A stretch of 64,000 nucleotides of DNA from an uncultured bacterium (lineage in GTDB: Bacteria; CAYJRR01): positions 1 through 64,000 of the forward strand of contig CAYJRR010000005.1 in assembly GCA_964372275.1 (NCBI GenBank), given 5' to 3'. Under the pieces are notes generated by a model. It did not search any database. It saw nothing but the letters and a program-made list of their open reading frames with translations, and was not told the origin of the DNA. Shown piece after piece: positions 18,544-28,459 of the stretch. Numbering within the stretch: position 1 is the first letter of the stretch; each line of letters begins with the position of its first letter. A program made the translations under genes and the position numbers.

Positions 18544-20193
18544 TCAGGGGACCTCGGCCGCGGTCTTCCCGCCGCGCTGCTGGAGCAGCCGTTGCGTTCC
18601 GCTTCCCGCCGGCGCGAGATCGAACGGGGTGGAGCCGCCGAGCTTCTTCTTTTCGATGCCGAACCAATCGACCAGAACGACGTCCTCCGCGATCTTGGCG
18701 TTCGCGTTCGCGCCGTGATCGAGCAGCACCGCCGCCACCGCTCCCCAGTCCGACTGCGCCGCGTAGTGGAGCGGCGTGGCGCCGAATTCGTCCCGGGGAT
18801 CGACACGAGCCCCGGCGCGCAACAGCGCCTGGACCCGCTCGGGATGGCCTTCGCGCGCGGCGCGGTGCAGCGGCGTGCGGTCCCGAAGGTCGTTGCCCTC
18901 CAGCCCGATGCGGCGCTGGAGAAACCACTGGAAGAGCGCCTCGTTCTTCGCGTCCATCGCGTCCTGCAATGGATGGCGGAGGCTGGACGCCGCGCCGCCT
19001 TCGAGCAACGCCTCCGCGAGGTCCTCCCGGCCGAGGGTCAGGGCCTCGAAGAGCGGCGAGCGTGGAGGGCCCTCGGCCCGGGCGCCGCGCGTCACCAGGA
19101 GCTTGATCGCAGCGACCGATCGGGCCTGGTGCAACGGCGATCTCCCGGAGGTGTCGCGGGCATTCGGATCCGCGCCTCGGTCCAAGAGAGCGGCGGCGAG
19201 CTCCAGGAGATCGCGTTCCAGGACCAGGGAGAGGAGCGCCGTCCGCTCGGAGCTTCCCGCCGGATCGCCGCCAGCGCCCGCGGCCAGTAGCGCGCGCGCG
19301 GCGTCGAACTGACCATGGCCAAGGGCCCAGCCCATCGCCGATTCATCCTTGGTCGTGCGTGCGTCGACCGGCGCCTTTCGCGCGAGAAGGAGCCCCACGA
19401 GCTCCGCGTCGCCGCGACATGCCGCCCAGTGGAGGGCCGTTCGCCCCTCTCCGTCCTGCGCCCCCGGATCCCCTTTTCGATCGAGCAGCTCCCGGACGAG
19501 GTCGCGGTTCCCGCGGCTCGCGGCGTAGACCAGGACCGGCTCCGACGGTGGAATCCGGCTGTTCGGGTCGGCGCCCGCGCCGAGGAGTCGCCGGACCATT
19601 TCGACCTGTCCGCCGAGGACCGTCTCGGAGAGCGGGGACCGGCCTTCCCGGTCGCGTGCGTTCGGATCGGCCCCCGCGCCGAGGAGCCGCTCCACGACCT
19701 CGCGGTCCCCACCCCCCGCCGCGTGCCAGAGGAGGGTGGCGCCCCCGGCGTCCGGCGCATGGACCGGCGCCCCGCGCGCGAGGAGGAGGTCGAGGATCTT
19801 CATCTTCGCCGCGATCAACGCCGCCGACCTGTACCCGGCGTATCCGCTCCCACCGCCGCCGGAACTCTTGTAACGGCTGCCGTCGTAGCGGAACGTGGAA
19901 GGGATCGAAACGGTCGAGCTTCGTTCCTTGGGAACGGGCGGAGGCAGCTTGTCCTCGCACTCCGGGGAGGTGCGGCGCGCGGGTGTGTGGCTCGCCACCA
20001 GCCGATGGAGCGGCGTGCGTCCCTCGGGATCCCGCGTGTCGAGCGCGGCGCCCGCCTGTAGGAAGGCCTCGACCGCCGCGACGTCGCGCTGCGCCACCGC
20101 CTCGTGAAGTGTGGCCGGTTTCTTGTTCGGACCGGCCAGGCCGGGAGAACCCAGGAGCGAAAACGCGGTCACCAGTCCGAGCGGTCCACCCAT
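18544..20193 (-). CDS. Secreted ankyrin-repeat protein
   Basis: Signal-like N-terminus; many G-x-TPLH...LLxxGADPN repeats; GAGGAGG RBS. Confidence 0.9.
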   Translation of the reverse strand: MGGPLGLVTAFSLLGSPGLAGPNKKPATLHEAVAQRDVAAVEAFLQAGAALDTRDPEGRTPLHRLVASHTPARRTSPECEDKLPPPVPKERSSTVSIPSTFRYDGSRYKSSGGGGSGYAGYRSAALIAAKMKILDLLLARGAPVHAPDAGGATLLWHAAGGGDREVVERLLGAGADPNARDREGRSPLSETVLGGQVEMVRRLLGAGADPNSRIPPSEPVLVYAASRGNRDLVRELLDRKGDPGAQDGEGRTALHWAACRGDAELVGLLLARKAPVDARTTKDESAMGWALGHGQFDAARALLAAGAGGDPAGSSERTALLSLVLERDLLELAAALLDRGADPNARDTSGRSPLHQARSVAAIKLLVTRGARAEGPPRSPLFEALTLGREDLAEALLEGGAASSLRHPLQDAMDAKNEALFQWFLQRRIGLEGNDLRDRTPLHRAAREGHPERVQALLRAGARVDPRDEFGATPLHYAAQSDWGAVAAVLLDHGANANAKIAEDVVLVDWFGIEKKKLGGSTPFDLAPAGSGTQRLLQQRGGKTAAEVP

Positions 20194-20275
20194 CGAAATC
20201 CTCCTCGCGCCTGCTCGATACTACCGGGCTCCGCCGTGGACGGTCAGGTCCTCCGCCGTACCCAGGCGAGTCGGT

Positions 20276-21499
20276 TCAGAGCACCCGCCACCAGGGGGCC
20301 GCCAGGACGTCGGGGGTGATCCATTCCGTGGCTCGTCCGGTGTGAAGCAGGAGCCCGGCGCGGCAACGTTTTCCGTACTCGGCGCGAAACGATCGGAGAT
20401 GCGCTGCATCGCCTATGCGCGGTCGCGCCGTCGCTTTGACCTCGATGGGCAGAAGGCGCTCGCCGGCTTCGATCACGAAATCGACCTCCTCCCCTGCGGC
20501 CGTGCGCCAGTAGAGGATCTCGACGCGCTCGATCCGCGCGTCGCGCCAGCACAGGAGATCGTGCAGGACCAGGTTTTCCAGGTGGGCACCGCCGGGCTCC
20601 GGCGATCCGGCGAGGTGCAGCGCAAGGCCTACGTCCCCCCAGTACAGCTTCGGCGTCTTGATCAGCCGCTTGGTGCGATTCACCGAGTAGGCCGGTAGGC
20701 GCACCAACAGGTACGACGTCTCCAGCAGGTTCAGGTAGCGGTGCGTGGTCGGCTGCGGCAAGGCGGCGTCCCGTCCGAGCTCCGTCTGGTTCACGAGCTG
20801 GCCGAGCCGGTGGCAGGCGGCTCGCATCAGTCTCCGGAAGTCGGGGAGATTGGAGATCGATGCGAGGTCCTGCAGGTCCCGCTCCAGGTAGGTCCGCACG
20901 TAGCCGTCGAACCAGATCGCCCGGTCCGGGTCGGCGCCGAGCGACAGGGCTGGCGTCGGAAAGCCCCCTCGCCGCGCGAGGAGGCGCCAGTCCTCGGCGT
21001 CGTCCGGCTGTCTCGCCAGGATCTCCGCCCATTCCGACTCTTCGCTCGAGAGCAGCTCGTTCCAGACGCCGCATCTTCCCTCGCCGCGCTGCTCCCTTCG
21101 CGTCATGGGCCACAACGTCAGGTAGCTCGCGCGCCCCGCGAGCGATTCCGAGACCTGCCGCATCAGGAGGAGGTTGGCGGAACCGGTGAGGAGGAATCGT
21201 CCGGGCGTGCGCCGCCGGTCGATCGAGCGCTTCACGGCCCGCAGGAGGTCCGGCTCCCGCTGGACTTCGTCGATCGTCACCGGCCGGGTATCACCAGTCA
21301 GCGCATCGGGGTCGCGTCTTGCCAGATCGAGGGCGTCGAGGTCGTCCAGTGTGTGGAAGCGCCGCCCCGAGGAGACGAGCTCGCGGACGAGCGTACTCTT
21401 CCCCGTCTGCCGTGCCCCGGTGACGACCACGGCGGGCATGACTCGCAGCCGCTCGTGCAGCGATTCCTGGACGAGTCGGGGGAGCGAACCGGAATTCAT
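20276..21499 (-). CDS. AAA ATPase with DUF4143 / PD-(D/E)xK C-terminus
   Basis: GARQTGKS, IDEVQ, LTGSAN, ESLAGR, GGFP, EVDFV...PIEVK. Confidence 0.9.
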   Translation of the reverse strand: MNSGSLPRLVQESLHERLRVMPAVVVTGARQTGKSTLVRELVSSGRRFHTLDDLDALDLARRDPDALTGDTRPVTIDEVQREPDLLRAVKRSIDRRRTPGRFLLTGSANLLLMRQVSESLAGRASYLTLWPMTRREQRGEGRCGVWNELLSSEESEWAEILARQPDDAEDWRLLARRGGFPTPALSLGADPDRAIWFDGYVRTYLERDLQDLASISNLPDFRRLMRAACHRLGQLVNQTELGRDAALPQPTTHRYLNLLETSYLLVRLPAYSVNRTKRLIKTPKLYWGDVGLALHLAGSPEPGGAHLENLVLHDLLCWRDARIERVEILYWRTAAGEEVDFVIEAGERLLPIEVKATARPRIGDAAHLRSFRAEYGKRCRAGLLLHTGRATEWITPDVLAAPWWRVL

Positions 21500-21530
21500 A
21501 GCGTGAATGATATCCATTCACTATGTGAAT
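21494..21530. promoter_or_regulatory. Tandem palindromic operator-like sites over the ATPase promoter
   Basis: ATTCAY-N3-GTGAAT at 21494-21508 and 21516-21530; minus-strand TATCAT -10 lies between and partly within them. Confidence 0.65.
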
Positions 21531-21631
21531 TACAATCAGACGCGTCCGCCGAATCGCGGCCTTGCGCAGCTCCGGTCCGGTCCGCTATTCTCCCGCGCCA
21601 TTTTTTCGCCCGAGATACCCGGAGGCCGTTC

Positions 21632-22921
21632 ATGCGCGTCGTTCGAATCCCGTTGTCGATCGTCCTCTCCACGGTCCCCGTCGTGGCGATGGGCGCCATG
21701 ACCTACGCTCCCGACACCGGGACGACCGCCCGATCGCGGGGGGGCGCCTTCACCGCGGCGGCCGACGACCCGATGGCGATCGTCTACAACCCAGCCGGCT
21801 TCGCCGACCAGAAGAGCCGCCAGGCGTACATCGACGTCAGCTACATCGACCTCAACACCACGTTCGAACGCAGCACCGGACCGTCCTCTCCGTACGAGGC
21901 GGTGCACAACGAAGGGGCCCCCAAGATCAGCCCCAACCTGGTCTACAGCCAACCGTTCGGCACGAAGGGGAACTGGCACGTCGGCGCCCACGGCGGGATC
22001 GGCGTCAACATGAAGTACCCGGAGGACGGGGCGCAACGGTTCACCACCATCCGGCTCGAGCCGACGCAGCTGATGTACACCGGCGGGGTCGCGTGGAGGT
22101 TCAACCGGTTCGTCTCTGCCGGCTTCACCGCGGGGGGGATGCTCACCGAGAACGTCACGCGGGTGAAGACGACGATCAACAACCTCACCTCCACCGAACC
22201 CAACGAGGACCCGGCCTACGACCGCGCGGCCGAGCTGGACGTCAAGGATCCGTTCACGCCGGTGGCGATCCTCGGCGTGAAGGTGACGCCCGTCGAGAGC
22301 TACGAGATCGGAGTCTCGTTCCGGCCCAGCGTCACCACCGAAATGGACGGCACCTACAAGTCGGACGACGGCTCGGTCGACGAAGAGGTCACGCTCAAGG
22401 TCGTGCTTCCGACGATCCTCCGCACCGGCGTGCGCAAGGTAGGACAGAAGTGGGACGCGGAGATCGACTTCGTCCTGGAGGACTGGTCGGGCAGGAAGGA
22501 GGACCTGATCATCGCCAAGGACGGATCGATCGTCGGCAGCGAGGAGATCGCGATCGACCGTGAAGGGAAGGCGGCCTTCTCGGTCCGCGTCGGCGGCAGC
22601 TACGACGTCAAGACGAACATCGAGCTGCAGGCCGGCGTGATCCACGAGACGGCCGGGATCCCCAAGCAGCGCCTGAGCGTGAACGTCTTCGACGCGCCGA
22701 AGACCGGACTCGCGCTCGGCGCGACCTACAAGATCGGCGAGCGCTTCGCCGTCGCGGGGAACCTTTGCTACACCGTGTTGAGCGAGACGTCGGTCGACGA
22801 CAGCGATGTGAAGCAACGCAGCGCGTTTCCCGACAACCCCGAGGCGTTGGCGGTGACCGGCAACGGGACCTACTCCGGCGCCTATACTTTCGCGGGGCTC
22901 TCGTTCCTGGCGAAGTTCTAG
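21632..22921 (+). CDS. Outer-membrane transporter, FadL/OmpP1/TodX family
   Basis: RGGAFTAAADDPMAIVYNPAG hatch motif; beta-strand pattern; C-terminal Phe; GGAGG RBS. Confidence 0.85.
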   Translation: MRVVRIPLSIVLSTVPVVAMGAMTYAPDTGTTARSRGGAFTAAADDPMAIVYNPAGFADQKSRQAYIDVSYIDLNTTFERSTGPSSPYEAVHNEGAPKISPNLVYSQPFGTKGNWHVGAHGGIGVNMKYPEDGAQRFTTIRLEPTQLMYTGGVAWRFNRFVSAGFTAGGMLTENVTRVKTTINNLTSTEPNEDPAYDRAAELDVKDPFTPVAILGVKVTPVESYEIGVSFRPSVTTEMDGTYKSDDGSVDEEVTLKVVLPTILRTGVRKVGQKWDAEIDFVLEDWSGRKEDLIIAKDGSIVGSEEIAIDREGKAAFSVRVGGSYDVKTNIELQAGVIHETAGIPKQRLSVNVFDAPKTGLALGATYKIGERFAVAGNLCYTVLSETSVDDSDVKQRSAFPDNPEALAVTGNGTYSGAYTFAGLSFLAKF

Positions 22922-24265
22922 ATGCGAACCGCCCGTCGCCTCCTCGCCGCCGGCGCCGCGCTCGTCGCCGCGCGCGCGGCCCACGCCGCCGGCTACTACG
23001 TACCCGATCTGGGCACCGTCGCCCGCGCGCGCGGCGGTGCCTATTGCGTCGCGGCGGGAGATCCGACGGCGATGGCCTACAACCCGGCGGGACTGATCGG
23101 TACGGCCGGACCGGACGCCACGGAAGGCGTGTCCGGCCCGGAGGGGCGGCGTGGGCGGCGGATGCTGGTCGATCTCACCGGACTGTGGATGCACGCGCGG
23201 TTCGAACGCACCGGGATCCCGGAGGACAGCGTCGCCGGTTCGACCGCCACCAACCGTCCGCCGGTCCAGATCGTCCCCGCCCTGATCTACGTCCACCCGG
23301 TCGGCGAGCGCTGGTCGTTCGCCGGCGGCTTCCACGCGCCGCTGGGGCCGCGCACCCGCTTCGCGGCCGACGGACCGCAGCGCTTCACCAACACCGAGCT
23401 GTTCAACAGCGAGCTCTCCTACGGCGTCGCCGCTGCCTACCGGCCGCATCCCAAGGTCGCGCTCGGGCTGACGCTGGAAGGGGTGATGGCCGGCGTCGAG
23501 CAGGACTCCGTCGCCACGACCAACCTCGAAGCGCCGCCGAAGGAGTCGCCGGAATACGATTCGCCGCAGCGCCTCTCGGTGATCGACCCGTTCAGCCCGA
23601 CGGCGATCGTCGGCATGACCGTCGCGCCGCTCGAGTGGCTGCAACTCGCAGTTTCCTACCGTCCGGTCACGCACGTCGATGCCGCCGGGACGGTGCTCGA
23701 CCTGAACTCGGGCTTCGAGGACGACGTGCACTTCCGTTTCACCCTTCCGTCGATCCTCCGCGCCGGCGCGCGGATCGTCCGTCCGCGATGGGATGTGGAG
23801 CTCGACGTCGTCGTCGAAGACTGGTCGAGTCACGAGGACGAGGTGCTGACTGCGGACGACGGCGTCTTCACCGGGGGCGAAGGAAGGATCGTCGCGCGGC
23901 GCGACTTCCGCTCGGCAACCTCCTGGAGGCTCGGGGGGAGCGTCGAGGCTTCGACGCGGCTCCGCCTCCATGCCGGGGTCTATCGCGAGCCGTCCAGCGT
24001 CCCGACGAGCACGCTCGACGTCAGCACCGTCGACGCCCCGAAGACCGCGCTCAACCTCGGCGCCTCGTGGAAGATCTCGGAGCGTCACGCGCTCACCGGC
24101 GCCTACACCCACGCGTTCCTGGAGGCGGTCGAGGTGACCGACTCCGGGACCCGCCAGGTGAGCCCCTTTCCGTTCGTCCCGCCGGAGGCCCTCTCGGTCG
24201 TCGGAAACGGAACCTACGAAGCGAGCTACGACATGGTCGGGCTCGCCTACGAAACGAGCTTCTGA
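22922..24265 (+). CDS. Second FadL/OmpP1/TodX-family outer-membrane protein
   Basis: ARGGAY...DPTAMAYNPAG; C-terminal Phe; colinear with the preceding gene. Confidence 0.85.
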   Translation: MRTARRLLAAGAALVAARAAHAAGYYVPDLGTVARARGGAYCVAAGDPTAMAYNPAGLIGTAGPDATEGVSGPEGRRGRRMLVDLTGLWMHARFERTGIPEDSVAGSTATNRPPVQIVPALIYVHPVGERWSFAGGFHAPLGPRTRFAADGPQRFTNTELFNSELSYGVAAAYRPHPKVALGLTLEGVMAGVEQDSVATTNLEAPPKESPEYDSPQRLSVIDPFSPTAIVGMTVAPLEWLQLAVSYRPVTHVDAAGTVLDLNSGFEDDVHFRFTLPSILRAGARIVRPRWDVELDVVVEDWSSHEDEVLTADDGVFTGGEGRIVARRDFRSATSWRLGGSVEASTRLRLHAGVYREPSSVPTSTLDVSTVDAPKTALNLGASWKISERHALTGAYTHAFLEAVEVTDSGTRQVSPFPFVPPEALSVVGNGTYEASYDMVGLAYETSF

Positions 24266-24284
24266 TGGATCGGCGGCCCCCGCG

Positions 24285-25046
24285 ATGGATCTGAAGGCGC
24301 TCGCCGAGCAACGTCGAGCGTCCGCGCGCCCCGCGCCGGAGATCCGCAACCTGCGCCCGTCGATCAAGGAGTTCGCCCGCTACGTCACCACCCGGCGCGA
24401 AGAGCTGGCGGTGATCGGGGAGATCCGCGCCTTCGATCCCGACAGCGGGCTGCGCGGCGCCGGGGAGGTCGCGCGGCTCGCGCAGGCGATCGCCGCCGGC
24501 GGCGCCTACGGCGTCTCGGTCTGCGCCGACGCCGTGTGGGAGGGCTCCCTCGACGACGTCCGCGCGGCGGCGGGCGCGGTGCAGATACCGGTGCTGGCCC
24601 GCGGACCGTTCCTCGACGAGGCCGATCTCTATCGCGCGCGCGGGGCCGGCGCCGACGCGGTGGTCCTCTACGCCGCCCTCTTCGATGCCGAGCGCCTGAC
24701 GCAGCTGCGGCGCGTCGCCTTCTCGATGAAGATGGAGGTCGTCGCCGAGGCGGGGGACGACGCGACGCTCGATCTCGTGCTGCGCTCCGAGTGCCCCGTC
24801 GTCGCCATCGCCGGCTGCGATCCGTCGGGGCGGCCGGATCTCGCCTCGGCCGACCGGCTTCTCGCGCGCATCCCGAAAGGCCGCACCCCGATCCTCGCCG
24901 GCGGCGTCGCCACGCTCGAGGAGCTTCGGCCGCTCGTTCCGCGGGTCGACGCGGTGATCCTGGTGGAGCCGGTGACCGTCGCGTCCGCGTTGGGGTATGC
25001 GGAGGTGTCGGCGGTCGTCGAGCCGTTCACGACCGCGGTGGAGTGA
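24285..25046 (+). CDS. Indole-3-glycerol-phosphate synthase (TrpC)-like protein, catalytically degenerate
   Basis: GAxGVSV, GSLDDVRA, IPVL, GADAVVL; catalytic Lys motifs replaced. Confidence 0.7.
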   Translation: MDLKALAEQRRASARPAPEIRNLRPSIKEFARYVTTRREELAVIGEIRAFDPDSGLRGAGEVARLAQAIAAGGAYGVSVCADAVWEGSLDDVRAAAGAVQIPVLARGPFLDEADLYRARGAGADAVVLYAALFDAERLTQLRRVAFSMKMEVVAEAGDDATLDLVLRSECPVVAIAGCDPSGRPDLASADRLLARIPKGRTPILAGGVATLEELRPLVPRVDAVILVEPVTVASALGYAEVSAVVEPFTTAVE

Positions 25047-25226
25047 GGCCGACGCGGCGACACCTCCGTCGCGTGGATCCGTGCGTACCGCTCCTGCGAC
25101 CGCAGACGTTGACTGAGGTATCGTTCACGACCCGCAACTCCGCCCCGGTCGCCGCTTGGAGGGCGTGCGCTCGCTCCGGTATGGTGGGCCGCTTCTTGCG
25201 AGCCCCTACGGGAGGAGGATCGAACG

Positions 25227-26153
25227 ATGCGCACGCGACTCTGGTCGACCCTGGGAACCGCCGCGCTCCTCGGCGCCGGCTGCAACGACAGCTCGAAGAT
25301 CGAGGACGCCGTCGACCGGCGGGTCGACCTCCCCCCGGAGCCGGAGAACGGCGTGCAGTTCGTCCTCCCGGAGATGGAGATCGAGGCCAGCACCGAGAAG
25401 ATGGTCTGCTGGTACACCACCTTTCCGTCCGAGACCGACCAGTGGGTCCAGACGTTTCAGGTCTTCCAGGGGGAGGGGGGGCACCATCTGGTCGGGTTCC
25501 TCACCTTCGCCAGTGAGGACGACGGAACGGTGAAGGACTGCTCCTCGCCGGCCGACATGGCGACCTGGCTTCCGCTTCTCACCGGCGAGTCGGTGGAGGG
25601 GTTCGACCTGCCGCCCGGATATGCGGTGAAGGTGCCGGCCGAGGCCAAGCTCGTCTTCCAGGTCCACTACGTCAACGCGAGCGACGACGCGATCCGCGTG
25701 CGCGACGTGGTCAATCTGCACTACGCGCCGGCGGACGAGACGATCACGCCGGTCGGCACCTTCGTGCAGACGACGCTCGACTTCGACGTCCCCCCCGGCG
25801 CCTCCAGCGTCACCTTCGAGTGTCCGGTGGAGCAGGCGATCGGCGTCTACCAGGTCTTCGGCCACATGCACGAGGCGGGGGCCTGGATGACGATCTCGGC
25901 CGGACCTCCCGGCGGACTGGAGACGATCTACGACGTCCAGGACTGGGATCCGTCGTACCGCGACCGCGCGCCGATCGCCGAGTGGGAGATCGACCAGCCG
26001 CTCCTGCTGGGCCCGGGGGACGTCATCCGCGTCAACTGCAACTGGCAGAACGACGGTACCGAGACGCTCGGGTTCCCGGCGGAGATGTGCGCATCGCTCT
26101 TCTGGTTCCACCCCGCCCCCGAGCCGCTGGTCTGCACCAGCAGCGCGCTCTAG
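25227..26153 (+). CDS. Lipoprotein, copper type II ascorbate-dependent monooxygenase (PHM/DBH) family
   Basis: Lipobox GAGC; HH, QVHY, GHMH and EMC copper ligands. Confidence 0.8.
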   Translation: MRTRLWSTLGTAALLGAGCNDSSKIEDAVDRRVDLPPEPENGVQFVLPEMEIEASTEKMVCWYTTFPSETDQWVQTFQVFQGEGGHHLVGFLTFASEDDGTVKDCSSPADMATWLPLLTGESVEGFDLPPGYAVKVPAEAKLVFQVHYVNASDDAIRVRDVVNLHYAPADETITPVGTFVQTTLDFDVPPGASSVTFECPVEQAIGVYQVFGHMHEAGAWMTISAGPPGGLETIYDVQDWDPSYRDRAPIAEWEIDQPLLLGPGDVIRVNCNWQNDGTETLGFPAEMCASLFWFHPAPEPLVCTSSAL

Positions 26154-26166
26154 CCGAGCCTCGGTC

Positions 26167-26544
26167 TCACGGGGTCGTTCCGCCCGCCGGATCGGTTCCG
26201 GCGGAGGGCGGTGTCGCGTAGGCGGGGTTGTCGAAATAGTGCGGGGCGTGGGGATCGGGCAGCCCGTCGAGGAAGAAGCGGCGGGCGACGGCCAGCCCCA
26301 GGATGATCGCCGCCGCCAGGAAGAATCCCCAGCGCATGCGGCCGCCGGGATCGCTCCGGAGGCTGCGCCGGGCGTCGACGTGGCCGGCGGGGCAGCGCAC
26401 GAAGACGTCCGGTCGCGCGACCTCCACCGCCAGGCGCGCGCCGCACTCCGGGCAGGGCTCCGTCACCTCCGAACCGGCGAGGAACTCGTGGGCCGCGTTC
26501 TCCACGGCGCGGATCCGGGCGAGGCTCTTCGGGTCGGGTTCCAT
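26167..26544 (-). CDS. Small membrane protein with zinc-ribbon-like motif
   Basis: CPECG...CPAGH followed by one TM helix. Confidence 0.55.
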   Translation of the reverse strand: MEPDPKSLARIRAVENAAHEFLAGSEVTEPCPECGARLAVEVARPDVFVRCPAGHVDARRSLRSDPGGRMRWGFFLAAAIILGLAVARRFFLDGLPDPHAPHYFDNPAYATPPSAGTDPAGGTTP

Positions 26545-26591
26545 CGACGGGCTCGAAACGGCCGGCACCTTACCATACGCTCCCCAGTCCC

Positions 26592-27491
26592 GTGAGCGAC
26601 TCGCCCGGCCCGAGCGATCCGAACGCCGCTGCGCCCGACGGCGCGGAGCCGTGGCGACATCTCGACGTCTTCGCGAACGGACGGCGTTTCCACGTGGTGA
26701 CCGCCGGCTCGGGTCCTCTGGTGCTCCTGCTCCACGGCTTTCCCCAGTGCTGGTACGCCTGGCGCCACCAGCTCCGGGCGCTCGCCCCCCGCTTCCAGGT
26801 GGTCGCCCCGGACCTGCGCGGCTACGGCCAGAGCGACAAACCGTCGCGCGTCCGGGACTACCGGATCGAGGTGCTGGCCGCCGACGTGGTAGAGCTGATG
26901 CGGGCCTTCGGATCCCCTCGCGCGCGCGTGGTGGGGCACGACTGGGGGGGGGCGGTGGCGTGGGCGACCGCGGCGTTGCACCCGGCGGCGGTCGAGCGGC
27001 TCGCCGTCCTCAACTGCCCGCATCCGCGGATCCTGCGGCGGGCGCTGTTCCGCGATCCGGCGCAGCTCCGGCGGAGTTGGTACATGTTCGCCTTCCAGCT
27101 CCCGTTCCTCGCCGAGTGGCGCCTGACGAAGGACGGCGCGGCGCTCCTGGATCGCGTCTTTCCCGGGACCGCGGTGCGGCGCGAGGCGTTCACGCCGGAG
27201 GACCTTCGCGTCTACCGGGAGGCGATCCTGCGGCCCGGTGCGGCCCGCGCCGCGGTCCATTACTATCGGGCGGCGATGCGCGGATCGCTTCGCCTGCCCG
27301 TGGGCGCCGTCGAGGCGCCGACGCTGCTGATCTGGGGCGTCGGGGACCGGTTCCTCGGGGAGTCGCTCGTCCACGGCACCGAGGAGTGGGTGCGCGCGCC
27401 GTTCCGCCTGGAGCGGATCGAGGGGAGCGGGCACTGGGTCAACGAGGAGGCGCCGGAGACGGTCGATCGCCTCCTCCTGGAGTTCCTATGA
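26592..27491 (+). CDS. Alpha/beta hydrolase, epoxide hydrolase type
   Basis: LLHGFP, PDLRGYG, GHDWGG (Asp nucleophile), SWYM and YYRA tyrosines, GHWV. Confidence 0.9.
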   Translation: MSDSPGPSDPNAAAPDGAEPWRHLDVFANGRRFHVVTAGSGPLVLLLHGFPQCWYAWRHQLRALAPRFQVVAPDLRGYGQSDKPSRVRDYRIEVLAADVVELMRAFGSPRARVVGHDWGGAVAWATAALHPAAVERLAVLNCPHPRILRRALFRDPAQLRRSWYMFAFQLPFLAEWRLTKDGAALLDRVFPGTAVRREAFTPEDLRVYREAILRPGAARAAVHYYRAAMRGSLRLPVGAVEAPTLLIWGVGDRFLGESLVHGTEEWVRAPFRLERIEGSGHWVNEEAPETVDRLLLEFL

Positions 27492-28459
27492 ACGCCAAAG
27501 CGGCGGACGTGAAACGGTGGCGCGATCGGTTCCCGGGACGGCGCTTCGTCGAGGTGAACGGCGTCGACCTGCACTACGAACGCCAAGGCATCGGTCCGCC
27601 GGTGCTGTTGGTCCACGGTCTCGGCGACTCGCTCGCCACGTGGCGCGGCGTCGCCTCCGCGCTCGCCGCGGAGGGGTTCGACGTGATCGCGCTCGACCTC
27701 AAGGGAAGCGGGCGGTCGGAGCGTCCGTTCCCGTCCGACTGGTCGACCTCCGCCCTGGTCGAGGAGATCGCCGGGTTCCTCGCCGCGCTTCGGGTCGAGC
27801 GGGCCGCCGTCGCGGGCGTCTCCTACGGCGGGTTGCTTTCGCTGCTGCTCGCGGCGCGCCATCCGGAGAGGGTCTCGAGTCTGGTGATCTGCAACGCCCT
27901 CGCCTTCCCGTATCCGCGCCGCACGCCGATCGGGCTGTCGCTCGCGCGCCTGCCCGGGGTCGACCGGATCGCGCCGTGGCTCCTGAGCCGGCGCGGTCTG
28001 GAAGCGATCTACCGCGAATGGAACTTCTCCCCCGGCTACCACGGAACGGTCGAGCGCACCGCGGAGCATTGGCGCCACTTGTCGCTGCCGGGCGGCCGCC
28101 GCGCCTTCCTGGCGTTGATCAACGGCATCGACCCGCGCGACGTGATGGAGGCGCCCGAGGTCTATCCGGAGATCGACGCGCCGACGTTGATCCTCTGGGG
28201 CGACCGCGACCGGTGGTTCCCCCTGGAACAGGCGCATCGCCTGCGGAAGACGCTGCCCCGCGCGGCGCTCCGGATCGTCCCCGGCGCCGCGCACCTCTTC
28301 ATGGAGGAGGATCCGCCGCTGTTCGTCCGGCCGGTGGCGGCGTTCCTACGGCGGGACGCCCCTTCACGCCGGATCGCCGCCCGGACGGCGATCAGTAGCA
28401 GTAGGCGTAGGACTCCTTCGTACCGATCGTCAGGTTCGATCCCGCGTAGACGATCGTGA
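27488..28459 (+). CDS. Alpha/beta hydrolase (Ser nucleophile)
   Basis: LLVHG, DLKGSG, GVSYGG, WGDRD, AHL; ATGA overlap. Confidence 0.88.
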   Translation: MNAKAADVKRWRDRFPGRRFVEVNGVDLHYERQGIGPPVLLVHGLGDSLATWRGVASALAAEGFDVIALDLKGSGRSERPFPSDWSTSALVEEIAGFLAALRVERAAVAGVSYGGLLSLLLAARHPERVSSLVICNALAFPYPRRTPIGLSLARLPGVDRIAPWLLSRRGLEAIYREWNFSPGYHGTVERTAEHWRHLSLPGGRRAFLALINGIDPRDVMEAPEVYPEIDAPTLILWGDRDRWFPLEQAHRLRKTLPRAALRIVPGAAHLFMEEDPPLFVRPVAAFLRRDAPSRRIAARTAISSSRRRTPSYRSSGSIPRRRS

